Program-made: the position numbers and the translations under genes
Shown here: piece after piece, positions 46,879-59,211 of the stretch
Layout: every line of letters starts with the position of its first letter
How positions within the stretch are numbered: position 1 is the stretch's first letter
The notes under the pieces: generated by a model
Databases searched by the model: none
What the model saw: only the letters and a program-made list of their open reading frames with translations
Told to the model about the DNA's origin: nothing
From: a plasmid
Sequence record: CP113993.1
Direction: 5' to 3' (one strand)
Length of the DNA: 64,000 bases

Positions 46879-47880
46879 TCATTGCGATAAAAGGATCCAT
46901 CTGGCCGGACCTGTATTCCTATAATCAGGGCATGTTCTGCGTGAAGACATTCCACCTAAGAAACTTTCCGCGCAGGCATTATCGTGGCAGTTACCCTCCG
47001 CGCTCATGCTGCCCTGAGATTGTGCCGTTTCAGCAGTACCTGATATCTGCTGAGCAGTACTGACCGTCATGGACGGTGTGAACGATAACCTGTTCAGGTC
47101 GTCTGCGCCGCCACAGTACCATCTGCAACGCATCGCACGCCAGTTGTGGCGTCAGCCAGCCGATAACGACGCGTGACCACAGGTCGATGACCACGGCAAG
47201 ATACTGCCAGCCTTCATCCGTGAGAAGATACATGATGTCGCTGGCGCAGAAGGCCTGCTTCAGCAGATTCTCTGACACCGGCAGGCCGTGTTCACGGTAA
47301 CTGACCGGACTGAACCGGCGTGAGGCTTTTGCCCGCCCCCCCCTGCGGTAATGGTTTTGATATTGTACTCCGGCAGTTCATCAGCGAGGCGTGGTCGCTG
47401 TTTCGCCTCAGTAAATGCCTTACTAACAGCAGCACACAAATGAGCCGGAACGGCTGTTGCGGGCCTGGTTGGTGGCTGTGACGTCGCCAGACATACCAGC
47501 CGCTGCGGGCAACCCGAAGTACACGACACATGGTTTTGACACTAAACTCAGTCCGATGCTTTTCGAAAAAGACATACTGTATTTCAGGCGCTTCGTGAAG
47601 TTTGTCGCGGCCTTTTGCAGGATGGCCAGTTCTTCATCCCGTTCAGGACAGGCGTTTTCGGCGACCAGTTCGCTCTCGCGTTCAGACGATGTCAGTTGCT
47701 GCTGCTGTTTGCTGCACCAGGCCTGGAATTGTGAATCGTACAGACTGAGCTGGCGGGCTACCAATACGTTCTGCCAGCCTCAGGGCTTCCTGGTCGTTGA
47801 TGCCGATTTGTCATGTGAGTCACCTCTGTCGGAGAGTTTACTCACTTAGTACCGTGTCCACTATTGGTGAGTAAGATCAA
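46879..47880 (-). pseudogene. degenerate IS3 (IS3-family) copy; OrfA and OrfB fragments with multiple frameshifts
   Basis: OrfA-like LSLYDSQFQAWCSKQQQQLTSSERESEL...DEELAILQKAATNF; OrfB-like [24 protein letters not shown]...[14 protein letters not shown] and GNCHDNACAESF. Confidence 0.65.
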
Positions 47881-48254
47881 ATATCCACTCCCTGCAGAAC
47901 TCATCAGCTCACGTTTCCCGGCTTACAATCATTCCATGAGTGTCTTGCAGAGCACTTACACAGCCACGGCTACTTCGCTCATACAGGCCGGCCGGTTGGT
48001 CCCATAAGTTATCTCCTGTAACACGATCGCTCAGCACATGCTGTTCTGGCTCATACAGACAGAGGAAAAGCACGTCAGGGATCGTTTGATCTATGGATAG
48101 ACTGTAGTTATCTGACGCAGGTTATACAGGGAAAAAGCGGACAGGTTGGAACAGGTACATGGACAGTTATTCCATGCAGATGCTGTGTCACCGGCAACAC
48201 GGGGAGGGGGTCCAGATGCTGGCCAGATATCGTGCGCAGCTTTTATATGGTCAG

Positions 48255-48515
48255 GATGTTTATTGACTGAGGTATGTCAGACCACATATCACAGTCAACA
48301 ATACGGCATGGAATCGGCGTACACCACATACCTCAGTCAATATTTGCATACCTGCGAGGTTTTATACATGCGACAGTCAATTCTTTCAGGTCAGAATAAG
48401 GCTTAATAAAGCGAAATTATTTACTGTGGTATGCGAAACACATATTACTGTCAATTTTCAGATATGCAGCATGCCACAATCAATATCTGCATACCCCAGT
48501 CAATGTTTGGGGTTC
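48255..48515. repeat. RepFIB iteron cluster 3' of repA (direct and inverted copies of ~CATATCACAGTCAA)
   Basis: ACCACATATCACAGTCAACA 48282-48300, CACATACCTCAGTCAATATT 48325-48344, ACATATTACTGTCAATTTT 48440-48458 and others. Confidence 0.7.
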
Positions 48516-49522
48516 ATACTGGTGAGAGCTTCAGCTAGTTTTTTAGGATCAATACCGGCAGCTTCCAGGGCCTTGATTACTTCATCGTAATTCTGCTCCG
48601 GTTCCTTTTCCACTTTGTCCTTTCGCGGTGTTTTAACAGTACTGCTGATGAGCTTAGGATTGCGATAATGAACGCTGAAGTAGGTTGCTCGTCCGCGCTT
48701 AAATTCTGTGTAGTCCAGATAACCGATATCCCTGAGTTGCTCCATCGCCTTACGGACCGTGTGGTTCTGCGTATAGACATTGGATGTGAGGTTCAGTCTG
48801 TCCCGCATACGCTTCATTGAGATAGGTGCCGGATTCTGCGGAAGACTCTCTATGTAGGTATACAGCGCTTGTGCAGATTCTTTTCTCTGGAGTGCATCAA
48901 TAGCCTTCAGACGAAGAAGAACTCTTCTGTCCATATGATACAGCTCGAACAGCTTAGGCTCCGCCTTAATCTCAACAATATCTTCGTTAATGTCATAGAA
49001 TGCCGACTGAACAAGATGGGTTGTCCAGCCTTTGGTTTCACTCTGGAACTGCAACGTCACCGAAGCCAGTTTGAATAAGGAATTACTGATGCGATCGCGC
49101 ATTTTCTTGTTGGAACGCCGGGAATCAAAACCACACATTTTAACAAACTCAACAAAGGACAGTTCCAGAGTGTCCTTTTTTACACCATACTCTGACATGG
49201 AACGAATGATCCCGAGCCAGACCTTAAAGTCTGTATCCATGTCAAGACGCGATCCTGTGATCCTAACATCCGTATACCCTTCACTCTTGGCGATAGACAG
49301 CTGTACAAGCTCCTCAGTCGCGTCTGTGACGTTTTTACGGTTCGCCTTGCTCTTCCCTGTCGATTTCAACGTGGGAACGAACAGCCCGAGTCGCATGAGG
49401 GCTACTGGCTGCACGGTACTTGTACTGTTGACATCCAACTTAACAACTTCACCAGTTGTCTTATCCACTTCCTGCAGATTCAGAGGTAACTTATTATTTT
49501 CACTCGTCATTTTAGATCCCAA
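48500..49522 (-). CDS. repA: RepFIB replication initiator RepA (Rep_3 family)
   Basis: 340 aa; [50 protein letters not shown]..., [16 protein letters not shown]..., [17 protein letters not shown] parallel F/P307 RepFIB RepA. Confidence 0.85.
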   Translation of the reverse strand: MGSKMTSENNKLPLNLQEVDKTTGEVVKLDVNSTSTVQPVALMRLGLFVPTLKSTGKSKANRKNVTDATEELVQLSIAKSEGYTDVRITGSRLDMDTDFKVWLGIIRSMSEYGVKKDTLELSFVEFVKMCGFDSRRSNKKMRDRISNSLFKLASVTLQFQSETKGWTTHLVQSAFYDINEDIVEIKAEPKLFELYHMDRRVLLRLKAIDALQRKESAQALYTYIESLPQNPAPISMKRMRDRLNLTSNVYTQNHTVRKAMEQLRDIGYLDYTEFKRGRATYFSVHYRNPKLISSTVKTPRKDKVEKEPEQNYDEVIKALEAAGIDPKKLAEALTSMNPKH

Positions 49523-49544
49523 CGATTATCCACAAGGGCAAGTA

Positions 49545-49640
49545 TAAATGCATATCACAGTCAACGTAAATACATACCTCAGTAAATACCATTGCATATC
49601 ACAGTATTAGAGACTACATATAGCAGTCAAGATATTACAC
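49545..49640. repeat. RepFIB iterons 5' of repA
   Basis: ATGCATATCACAGTCAACG 49548-49566, ATTGCATATCACAGTATTAG 49591-49610, CATATAGCAGTCAAGATATT 49617-49636. Confidence 0.7.
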
Positions 49641-49660
49641 ACTACAGTGAATGGAGACCC

Positions 49661-49770
49661 CTCCTGAGGCCAGATACGGTGCGGGCTTAAGGGATCCGAG
49701 GATCTCTTTATGATCTAAGTATGATCTCTTTAAGGATCATTTATTGGATCGATCCTGTGGATAACGATCT
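49661..49770. promoter_or_regulatory. origin-like cluster of 8 GATC sites with DnaA box TGTGGATAA
   Basis: ggatccgaggatctctttatgatctaagtatgatctctttaaggatcatttattggatcgatcctgtggataacgatctg. Confidence 0.6.
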
Positions 49771-49879
49771 GCCTGATGCTTAACAGAACGAGGGACTCCT
49801 CCGCCAGTCAATTGTTTTGATTCTGTTTCTGCCGAACAACAAGCGTTATAACTACTGATGATCCTTTTCAGAACCAGCC

Positions 49880-50112
49880 AATATTGACTGTAGTATGTAA
49901 ACAAAAAATCCTTTCATTTTTTCATACCACAGTAAATAACTGCATATCACAGTCAATATTCACTCGCTCCTCTTACTCAGGAGTCTCAATCATACAAAAA
50001 GAGTTGAGATACGCTGAAAATTCAGCCTGATTCCCCTTCCTCAAAAGGTTGCCACACCATAACACAGCTTTCCCAACATACAACTGACCGATAAATTGAC
50101 TGTAATATGCAA
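49880..50112. repeat. additional RepFIB iterons (inverted and direct) between ori region and sopA
   Basis: AATATTGACTGTAGTATG 49881-49898 (inverted), CTGCATATCACAGTCAATATTC 49941-49962, AAATTGACTGTAATATGCA 50093-50111 (inverted). Confidence 0.6.
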
Positions 50113-50255
50113 AATTATCTGCAATACGCGAAATACATGTTCAATAAACAAACAACTTTGCGATTTCTATCATACTTTGCACTTTTATTGTTGCTTTGCA
50201 TTAAATTTCAAGATTTAATAAAACTATGCAAAGTAAAGATTAAAGGATATTCAGA

Positions 50256-51422
50256 ATGGGACTGATGGATACACTTGACCAGTGCATTTCAGCGGGTCAC
50301 GAGATGACAAAAGCGATTGCGATTGCGCAATTTAATGATGACAGCCCTGAAGCCAGACAAATTACACGTCGCTGGAGAATTGGTGAGGCAGCAGACTTAG
50401 TCGGAGTATCATCTCAGGCCATAAGAGATGCAGAGAAAGCAGGCCGATTACCACATCCTGATATGGAAACCCGAGGAAGAGTTGAACAACGTGTGGGTTA
50501 TACCATTGAGCAAATTAACCATATGCGTGATGTATTTGGAACCCGTCTACGCCGTCATGAAGATTCCTTTCCCCCTGTTATCAGTGTCGCAGCCCATAAA
50601 GGTGGTGTTTACAAAACCTCCGTTTCAGTCCATCTAGCTCAAAACCTCGCACTGAAAGGTTTACGTGTATTACTCGTTGAAGGCAATGATCCACAGGGAA
50701 CAGCGTCCATGTATCACGGATGGGTACCTGATCTCCATATTCATGCCGAAAATACATTACTCCCCTTCTATCTTGGTGAAAAAGATGATGCCGCTTATGC
50801 CATCAAACCAACATGCTGGCCTGGCCTCGATATCATCCCTTCCTGTCTGGCTCTGCATCGTATAGAAACAGAACTAATGGGAAAATTTGACGAAGGTAAG
50901 TTGCCTACAGATCCTCACCTGATGCTTCGCCTTGCTATCGAAACCGTTGCGCATGATTATGATGTCATTGTGATAGACAGTGCACCTAATCTGGGTATTG
51001 GTACAATTAATGTTGTTTGCGCTGCTGATGTACTGATTGTTCCGACTCCGGCAGAATTATTTGATTACACATCTGCCCTCCAGTTCTTCGATATGCTACG
51101 TGATTTACTTAAGAATGTAGATCTGAAAGGCTTCGAACCCGATGTCAGAATTCTTCTGACCAAATACAGCAATAATAACGGTTCACAGTCGCCCTGGATG
51201 GAAGAACAAATAAGAGATGCCTGGGGTAGTATGGTACTGAAAAATGTAGTACGTGAAACGGACGAAGTAGGTAAAGGACAAATTCGTATGAGGACTGTTT
51301 TTGAACAAGCTATTGATCAACGTTCTTCTACTGGAGCATGGCGAAATGCACTTTCAATTTGGGAACCTGTCTGTAATGAAATCTTCGATCGCCTGATTAA
51401 ACCTCGTTGGGAGATTAGATAA
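50256..51422 (+). CDS. sopA: SopA partition ATPase (ParA family, long N-terminal HTH extension)
   Basis: 388 aa; deviant Walker [28 protein letters not shown]; upstream CTTTGC operator repeats at 50155-50200. Confidence 0.9.
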   Translation: MGLMDTLDQCISAGHEMTKAIAIAQFNDDSPEARQITRRWRIGEAADLVGVSSQAIRDAEKAGRLPHPDMETRGRVEQRVGYTIEQINHMRDVFGTRLRRHEDSFPPVISVAAHKGGVYKTSVSVHLAQNLALKGLRVLLVEGNDPQGTASMYHGWVPDLHIHAENTLLPFYLGEKDDAAYAIKPTCWPGLDIIPSCLALHRIETELMGKFDEGKLPTDPHLMLRLAIETVAHDYDVIVIDSAPNLGIGTINVVCAADVLIVPTPAELFDYTSALQFFDMLRDLLKNVDLKGFEPDVRILLTKYSNNNGSQSPWMEEQIRDAWGSMVLKNVVRETDEVGKGQIRMRTVFEQAIDQRSSTGAWRNALSIWEPVCNEIFDRLIKPRWEIR

Positions 51423-52381
51423 TGAAACGCGCACCTGTCATTCCAAAACATACTGTTACTCCCCCCGTTGAGACGAGCCCTTCAGCGACATCAGCCGCCC
51501 CAATGGTGGATTCTTTAATTGCACGCGTCGGTGTTATGGCCAGAGGCAATTCAATCACGCTTCCTGTTTGTGGGAAAGAAGTCAAATTTACCCTTGAGGT
51601 TATACCTGCAGACTCAGTCGAAAGTACAACGTCTGTCTGGTCAGGGAATGAGCGCGACCAGGATCTTCTGACAGAAGATTCTCTTGACGACCTCATTCCT
51701 TCTTTTCTGCTGACTGGACAACAAACCCCCGCCTTTGGACGCCGGATGGCTGGAGTTGTTGAAGTCGCCGATGGGAGCCGCCGTCGTAAAGCCGCTATTC
51801 TCACCACCAGTGATTACAGAGTACTGGTAGGGGAGCTGGATGACGAACAGATGGGGACATTATCCAGGCTGGGTAATGACTATCGCCCGACCAGTGCATA
51901 TGAACGTGGTAAACGTTATGCGCACCGATTAGAACATGAATTTAATGGCAACATCTCCTGGTTAGCGGATGCTGAGAATATCTCCCGAAAGATTATCACG
52001 CGTTGTATTAATACTGCCCGGTTACCGAAATCGGTTGTTGCTCTCTTCAACCATCCCGGAGAATTATCCGCTCGTACAGGTGAATCATTATATAAAACAT
52101 TCTCTGGCAAAGAGGAACAGCTGTTACAGCAGGCAGAGCGTTTACATGAGCGAAAAAAAGCTGGAGTTATGTTTGAAGCGGATGAGGTTATATCATTATT
52201 AACTGAGGTATTGAAGAAACCTGCAGGGAAAGAAACGACGAGTTCACGACATCAGTTTGCTCCCGGTGCTTCAGTGCTGTATAAAGGTGACAAAGTGACT
52301 GTTAATCTGGACAGAACACGTATTCCTGTTAGTTATATAGAGAAGATAGAAAACATTCTGAGAGAACTGGAGAAAAAATAA
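51422..52381 (+). CDS. sopB: SopB centromere-binding protein (ParB family)
   Basis: 319 aa; ParB box [18 protein letters not shown] region; overlaps sopA stop. Confidence 0.9.
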   Translation: MKRAPVIPKHTVTPPVETSPSATSAAPMVDSLIARVGVMARGNSITLPVCGKEVKFTLEVIPADSVESTTSVWSGNERDQDLLTEDSLDDLIPSFLLTGQQTPAFGRRMAGVVEVADGSRRRKAAILTTSDYRVLVGELDDEQMGTLSRLGNDYRPTSAYERGKRYAHRLEHEFNGNISWLADAENISRKIITRCINTARLPKSVVALFNHPGELSARTGESLYKTFSGKEEQLLQQAERLHERKKAGVMFEADEVISLLTEVLKKPAGKETTSSRHQFAPGASVLYKGDKVTVNLDRTRIPVSYIEKIENILRELEKK

Positions 52382-52614
52382 ATATTTCATAAAGTTTAAT
52401 TCTGATGATTGATCGCTGTTCCTGACAAACAGCAATATTTTTTTCGCTCTGTTCCTGAGGTTCACTGGTCTGGATATTTTCCAGACCTTATGTTTTATTC
52501 AGACACGACCATTTGATATAACCCCTGAGTTGTATTTTATCTGTTCCAAAAGTCGACCAGATGCTAAGCTGCAAACATACTCCCACTGTGCTCTGAACCG
52601 CAAGATGAAAAGTT

Positions 52615-52956
52615 GGGACCATGGTCCCGGCCCCGCCTCTGCCCTTACACAGAAAAGATATAAATGACTCCGGATCATAAAAACTATGTGCCGATGATGT
52701 TGCGTTAACTGGTTCCCGGTCTTTAACTATTTTTTACCAGAAAGCTGTTATGAAGGCTCGTTTTGAGTAATGCCCCCTTCCCTGCTCTCCCTTACTTTGC
52801 TGAGGCACCATAGTAAAAGCTTTCTATCCCTCAGACTGCAGCATTCTCAGCATTTTTAATGCTGAATAAAAAACGGTAGTACTACATGAAATGAAAGTAT
52901 TCTGCAGGTTACGGAGTTCATCTCTCTCAGAAATCGATTGTGGGACCGTGGTCCCA
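52615..52956. repeat. two isolated SopB-box palindromes (sopC-like centromere sites) 3' of sopB
   Basis: GGGACCATGGTCCC at 52615-52628; TGGGACCGTGGTCCCA at 52941-52956. Confidence 0.6.
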
Positions 52957-53490
52957 GCTTATTCACTGTTGCTATACTGCCGTATCGGGTACCTGCATTT
53001 TGTATCTCCGTACATTGAATTTGTTTTCGTTGATTACATCGCTGGTTACGCTTTCAGCCCATCTTCCAGTATTCTCCTGACCGATCATGTCCGGAGATGT
53101 CAGTTAAGGGGGACTGCATGTCGATCTTCCTTTTTATAATACTCCGGGCTGGCTGACATATTTACTATCCAGAGTTCCATGGGGAGCAGAGACTATAAAC
53201 AGACGGGGGCGATACAGCTGTGAATATTTACGTACGGAATACGTAAATTTGATTCTCTGGTTTCCTTTATAGAGTCACATGTTACATCATCTTTACGGGT
53301 AGTACTGAATAAACTGTGTTTAATATAACGTTAAATTGCTGATAAAAAATACAGGGAAGGCAGGGGCCATGTAACTGTCAGTATTATTATCCGGACATAA
53401 GATTGCTGTAGTGTTGTCAGGGTGACTATTCCCGGTTCTGTCGGGAGAGGTTTCCTGCCTCTCAGGCCGCAACCGTCAGAGTGTCAAGGG

Positions 53491-53733
53491 TTACGCTGGC
53501 CTCCATGGGCTGAGATAATGAGTCCTGCCACCTGTAATTACGGTAAGCCCTTGCTTCGTTATGTTGAGTGCCGCATTGATATCGCGGTTATGTTCAACAC
53601 CATATTCAGGACACGGCCAGATGCGCTGATGAAGTGGCATCTCCAGCATTCTGTAACCGCAACAGTGGCTGGTTTCGGACTGGTAACCACTGGTAAGGTT
53701 CATTAGGTGAGTGTTTTTTCTGCTTTCCTGCAT
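53491..53733 (-). pseudogene. C-terminal remnant of an IS200/IS605-family TnpB
   Basis: WPCPEYGVEHNRDINAALNITKQGL is the TnpB zinc-finger/RuvC-III tail. Confidence 0.5.
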
Positions 53734-54098
53734 TCCCGTTGCCAGTTAGCATCCTCGATAGCGTAAGCATGGTTATATTTTTCATCATATTGGGTATTTG
53801 CAGTGTCTCTACAATTATCGCCAGATTTTCGTCGACAATAATAGCGCAACATGGAACGCCCACCGGTGTAACCCATCGCTTTAATTTCTGCAAGGATGAC
53901 CTCGCCATTCCAGATATTTTCCGCCAGGTGCGTGTCGATATAGTCCATGAACGGCTTCAGTTTAGCCATTTTGTGGCGCGTTTTTCTGGCCGGCGGCTCA
54001 GGGTATTTAAGATACCGTCTGACAGTACGCTCAGAGCAACCCACCTGAGTTGCAATGTCGATAATGGACGCACCCTGCTTGTGCATTTGCTTTATCAT
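53703..54098 (-). pseudogene. 5' fragment of IS21 istA (HTH domain only)
   Basis: MIKQMHKQGASIIDIATQVGCSERTVRRYLKYPEPPARKTRHKMAKLKPFMDYIDTHLAENIWNGEVILAEIKAMGYTGGRSMLRYY matches the IS21 IstA N-terminus; truncated before the DDE domain. Confidence 0.7.
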
Positions 54099-54936
54099 GT
54101 AAAAGTCCTCTCAGCTCAGCATGTCGATGTCCTTTCTGGTGTGAGAACCTTAAGGAAACAACATGTTGGGCGGAGCGGACAATTCAAATAGTGAATTACT
54201 GTCTTATATTAGTGGCGCTAAAAACGAGAGAGTTTGTGTTGAAAATCAATGTGGGTACTGGCTTCCCCGTTCGTGTAATGTGCCAGTCGTAATCTGTGAC
54301 GCAAGCAAAAAGCGTTGTCCCGTAAGAAAAAGCGTAAAGGTAATCCTGTCACCCTGTTTTCAATGTGTTGTTCTTTCTTGACATTAATGGAAAAAAGTGT
54401 TTTGTGGGACACTACATATAACCCGACTACGGGTCATAAATATATTGATTTCGCGCAATGTCCTTATATTCATAGATAAGTCAGTCATCCCCGGTAGCCG
54501 GTATGTCTTAGCGTCAAGCCGGAAGACATCGGCAAGAGACTGATATTACAAATAATAAGAACAATAATAATGCAAAAATATCACTCCTGTACCGTTAATA
54601 TTAATATTACGATGAGCTTTTTAGAAAGCTGTCTGACGGCTTTATAAAGCTACAGGTGATACACCACTTCTGATAGTATCAACTATGTGCGTCAGAGATA
54701 ACCGCAAGTCGAAACAAACATGGCAACGACTATTCTTCTTCATACATAAGGATGAAAAAACAACAGATTTCGTATCATCGTGTGCCCACGAATGCAAGAT
54801 CTGAGAGTGCCGGAGAGACAATGCAGGAGTAATAATGTTTAGTGTGTCTGAATAATTACTATATATAGTATTCTACTGGGGTTTATGCATTCACATAGCC
54901 AGCAGTGCTGGCGATCGAGTTCTACTGAGGATTTAC

Positions 54937-54993
54937 TGAGACCATGGTCCCAGCTCGCTTGACTGGAAAGCGTCAGATGGGACCACGGTCCCA
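54937..54993. repeat. two further SopB-box palindromes ~2.4 kb from sopB
   Basis: GAGACCATGGTCCCAG at 54938-54953; TGGGACCACGGTCCCA (exact F sopC core) at 54978-54993. Confidence 0.6.
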
Positions 54994-55676
54994 TTTTGTT
55001 CATGGTTAGAAAAATAAGTAATGTTTTAGAAAGTTGCTGACCATGAAATTTTTTGTCATGTATGCTGCAATAGTAAATATCAGGGATTTTTTGATAAAAT
55101 GCCAGTTATGACGTGCTTCTGAACGGAAAATGATTTTTCAGGTACACTATTCCCTGTCGCCTCAGTCTGAAACCTTTGTCTTCTGGCGAGCCAATGCGGT
55201 ATTTCCATCGGAGAAACTTGCCTCAGCTTCTGTAAAATGCAGCGTTTGCCACACAGAAGGAAATTTATTACTGATCCATTAAGAGGGATTAATCCTTTCT
55301 TCTAATTTCTCTTTTTCATTCATGCCCCCAAATGCCGATCACCCGGACAAGGGTGTCAGCCTGGAATAACCACCTTTGGCTATTCGGTTCATGATTCTAT
55401 CCGGAGGTGTAGAACTGGCCCAGGACGGAACGAGAGCGGCAACAGGGATAAATCTTCTTCATGAGTCAGGCCTCGGCTGGTAGCTGCTGGCCAGCGTCCT
55501 GAGGCGGCTGGTACCTACGATTCAAAATCAATAAAAATAGCCAATTAAAAAATCAGCCGAAAATGAAGTTGATCAGAACATTTAAAGGGGGGAGGGGCAG
55601 GGACGTGATTTGGTGAACCAGAATCCGGAAACAGGTAGATGGACTGACCCCCACGACCGTAGACAAGGTCTGTCCT

Positions 55677-56000
55677 CACGACGAGGCCTGTTCAAAGGCC
55701 TCCAGACTGACGCCGTCGAGATGACTGTGGCGCCGGGCCCGGTTGTAGAACACTTCGATGTAATTGAAGATATCCGCCCGGGCCAGATCCCGGGTTTTAT
55801 AGATACGTTTTCTGATCCGCTCTTTTTTCAGCGAACTGAAGAACGATTCGGCCACGGCATTATCCTGACAGTTGACACGCCGGCTTATGCCCGGTGCTAG
55901 GTTGTTGGTCCGGCAGAAGCGCTGCCAGTCGTCGCTGGCGTACTGGCTGTCCTGGACGCCATTCCAGGAGCAAGCCGTTATCGGGATGCTGTTGATCTGC
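55677..56000 (-). pseudogene. 3' fragment of an IS3-family OrfB transposase
   Basis: manual translation gives ...NCQDNAVAESFFSSLKKERIRKRIYKTRDLARADIFNYIEVFYNRARRHSHLDGVSLEAFEQASS*. Confidence 0.55.
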
Positions 56001-56071
56001 CTGTTTTGATTGCGCAGTAATGAATAAACTTCGCGTGAGATATATCGCTTCCATCTTTGTATGCTCTTCGG

Positions 56072-56953
56072 CTACTCGCCTGGCGACATATGCCTTCGTT
56101 TTATCGTCAGTTCGCAAATGTCCGATAGCAATGATGTGAAGTACACTATTTGCAGCACGATCTCCCCCCGGTTAAGCCGGTAACGATTCGTTTTTCCTGA
56201 AGATACGGGAACAGGGCTGACACCACAAAGTGCCGCGAAATCTGATTCTAATCTTAATCGTTGGGGATTGTCTCCGGCAGTGATCAGCAACTGTGAAGCG
56301 TTTTCGTACCAAATAGCATTATGTGTAATCAGTTCACGCACCAGCTCATCGACAAGTACCGCAATCATGACATCCAGATCAGCGATTTCGTCATGTAACT
56401 CGAGATAGCGTCGGGCAAGGGATTTTAATGTAATGCGATAAACGCTGGTAACATTGCGGTATTCACTGGCATCAGGCCCCTAGGATCCCAGAGACCTGAT
56501 GAGCTGCATGCGTGTCATAGTTCTGAACTGTTCACGTAATTCATCCGGGGCAGAGATAATATTGGAATGGATAATCTGGAGAGCGACTCTGCGGGCTGAT
56601 CTTGCTGTTTTTCGACAGGTTTTTAATACCCGCAGAGATTCAATCATGCCATCATGCGTTTTGGGAGTCACTCTCCTGATACCCGCGAATGCTGCATGAG
56701 CGGCACATTCAGCATCAATCGTGTCACTTTTACCCCGTTTGCGTCGCGCCATCCGATCTGGCGCAGTCACCTCAGGTACTTCTAACCCGGCGTTCTGAAA
56801 ATAACGAAGTAGCCCGGAACCATAGGTACCTGTGCACTCAACGCCAATTCTCTTTAATGCCCCAAACGAGGTCATCCATGCCAGCATCTGCCGGTAACTT
56901 TGTCGTGTTGTGGAGAAAGACCGGGTTCCCGGGACTTTATTGTTCTGATCCAC
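56072..56953 (-). pseudogene. IS110-family transposase, N-truncated and frameshifted
   Basis: ORF 56480-56953 (GVECTGTYGSGLLRYFQNAGLEV...) and ORF 56072-56368 (ALCGVSPVPVSSGKTNRYRLNRG) are consecutive parts of an IS110-type Tnp. Confidence 0.55.
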
Positions 56954-57695
56954 GACCGTGGAATCTCCAGACAGATAACCCGGACAGGACAGTAATGAGA
57001 CAAGCCGTCAGGCCCTCCCTGAGTCACGCGCCCCGGTGAGAAGATGCCTCGCATGAAGGCGCTTTCGGCAACCGACAGGTCCAGGGCAGGTGAAAGAGTT
57101 ACTGCCATGGAACGTCACCCTCTCTGTAAACTAATTTTACCCCACGTCCTTCATGGGGCGCTTATTGATCTGAGCGGATTAAGGACGTTTGTGCGCGGGG
57201 GCTGCTGAGAAGGTACGTGTGCGACACGGGTGGCCGTCAAAGGATGAAGTCCGTCCGGCTCTGCTGACAGATATAAGCTATGTCAGGGCGATGGAGGGCT
57301 GGATGGTCACCACCCGCTCCCGCTGGTGTGAACTATTATCTCTCAACGTGCTCCCCGTAGCGGGTAAACTACCTGTTAAATAACACTGAACGCCCGGGTT
57401 GCCTGTACTATGTTTCACAGCTTATATTAAGCATGAAAGCTTTCACGTATTTTGTTGAGAGATTCAATGTCCATATTAAAACCGGAAGCTTTTCAATGAG
57501 ATATGTCATACAAAACGAGGCTAATACAATTGAACGTACCATCATGATGCACTGATTCTCATTTTGATAATTTGGAAACGACACAGGAGAATATTGATCC
57601 TGTTATTGCATACTAGTTTTAACGCGATCCACATATCCGCACTCAAAATTCACCTTCCTGTATACATGGCATATCCATTGCTTGATTAACTTCTC

Positions 57696-58316
57696 TTACC
57701 TATGAGTGGAGACGAAGGTTATAGATACACTGCTGTTGGCCGTGACGTGCCACGTGTAGATGGCTATGTCCGGCGATGTCGACATCCGGAATGACGGTAA
57801 CATCAACCAGCGGGAAGGCGCTGCTGTAGAGTTTGCCTGCCAGCGCCGGAGCGTCAAACTCATCCAGCCACCGGGTGGAGTACGGATACGGCTGCGTTTA
57901 GCCGTACAGAACAGTACCGGTATCACCAGTGGCAATTTTTTATGGCCTGCCTCCAGGTGGCGCTGCATGGCGGCCACCGCATAGCGGAGCAGGCGAAAGG
58001 CCATATGTTTGTCCGGCGTTGACTGGTGCTCAATCAGGACATGAATATATCCGTCGCCAGCGGTGGTTTTCAGGCTGTAGAGCACGTTGCTGAAATACTG
58101 GCGGAGATCATCCTCAACAAACGAGCCTGATTCCAGTTTCAGCGTGCTGAGATCGTAGATGGCCCGCAGCTCTGCGGGCAGATGCAGCTCCATGAAATCC
58201 CGGGCAATATCCGGTTGCGTCAGGAACTGCCTGAACGTGGCATCGTGGGGAGTGGGTATGCTGATTTTTTTCTTTATCAGCCCTGGCTCTGAAAAGTGAC
58301 TCGCAGATGTTATCAC
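57696..58316 (-). pseudogene. N-terminal fragment of an Rpn (YhgA-like) family nuclease
   Basis: [55 protein letters not shown]...[17 protein letters not shown] parallels the 15977-16990 Rpn. Confidence 0.6.
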
Positions 58317-58358
58317 CGCCCGGAAAAGCTAACATTGGCGGTGAACGGAATTGCCATT

Positions 58359-58999
58359 CTAACGTGAATAAGTATCGTCAATCAGTTGCCTTTTATGGTT
58401 ACCGTTACAGACCCTGATTACTGTCATCTTTGATACGCCAGCCAGGCGGGCTGTTTCACGCAGTGATTTGCCGTGGACCAGACGCGGAGTGCGTATCAAT
58501 TCATGTTTCTGTGCATCGGCTACCCTGCCCCGATATCTGCCCTCCGCTTTTGCCTTGCGGATACCTTCAGCCTGGCGCCGTCGCCGGTCCTCGTAGTCTT
58601 TTCGGGCAATAGCGGCGAGCATATCCAGCATCATGCCATTTACGGCCTTCAGCATGCTTCGGGTAAAGTCATCACTTACTGTGCTGGATAGCGCCAGATG
58701 GCTGGTCAGTAGGTCAGGACTGGCGATGGCCAGCTGCTTGTCAGTGATTTGCTTTCTGAGTGTCTCCCAGCCTGCATCATCCAGGCGGGTAAGCCTGTCG
58801 ACCTGTTCAATGATAATGACATAACCATGTTCCGCATCCCTGGGAAGCCTGGTCAGCTCAGGACGGTTCATTGTAGTACCATCGATATACCAGCCAGCAA
58901 TACGGTGGCCATGTTGGTTTGCAAATGCCTTAAGTGCATTTTTGCCCGGCCGACATCCTGCTCTGAAGTGGATGTCCGGAGGTAACCAAAAACGAACAT
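58359..58999 (-). pseudogene. serine recombinase (resolvase/invertase family) with frameshift at a T5/A5 run near codon 20
   Basis: manual translation from ATG at 58999: MFVFGYLRTSTSEQDVGRAK..., then shifted frame ...LKAFANQHGHRIAGWYIDGTTMNRPELTRL...; C-terminal HTH GKSLRETARLAGVSKMTVIRV. Confidence 0.55.
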
Positions 59000-59211
59000 T
59001 TTTGCCTTTCTGGTAACGTTTAAGTGGTATTGCTGATTATAGGGAGCGCGGTCTTGCTGTCCTTCCCATCATACCACGGCGTTCTCGCCGTCAAGGGCTG
59101 CGCGCGCTTTGCTCGCTTGCGGCAGGGGCCGTCTGCGACCCTGTGACAGCTTGCGCTGCGCCGTGCTGATGCCGGTTCGGGCAATACCGCCCTGGTAACC
59201 GGAGAACGATT

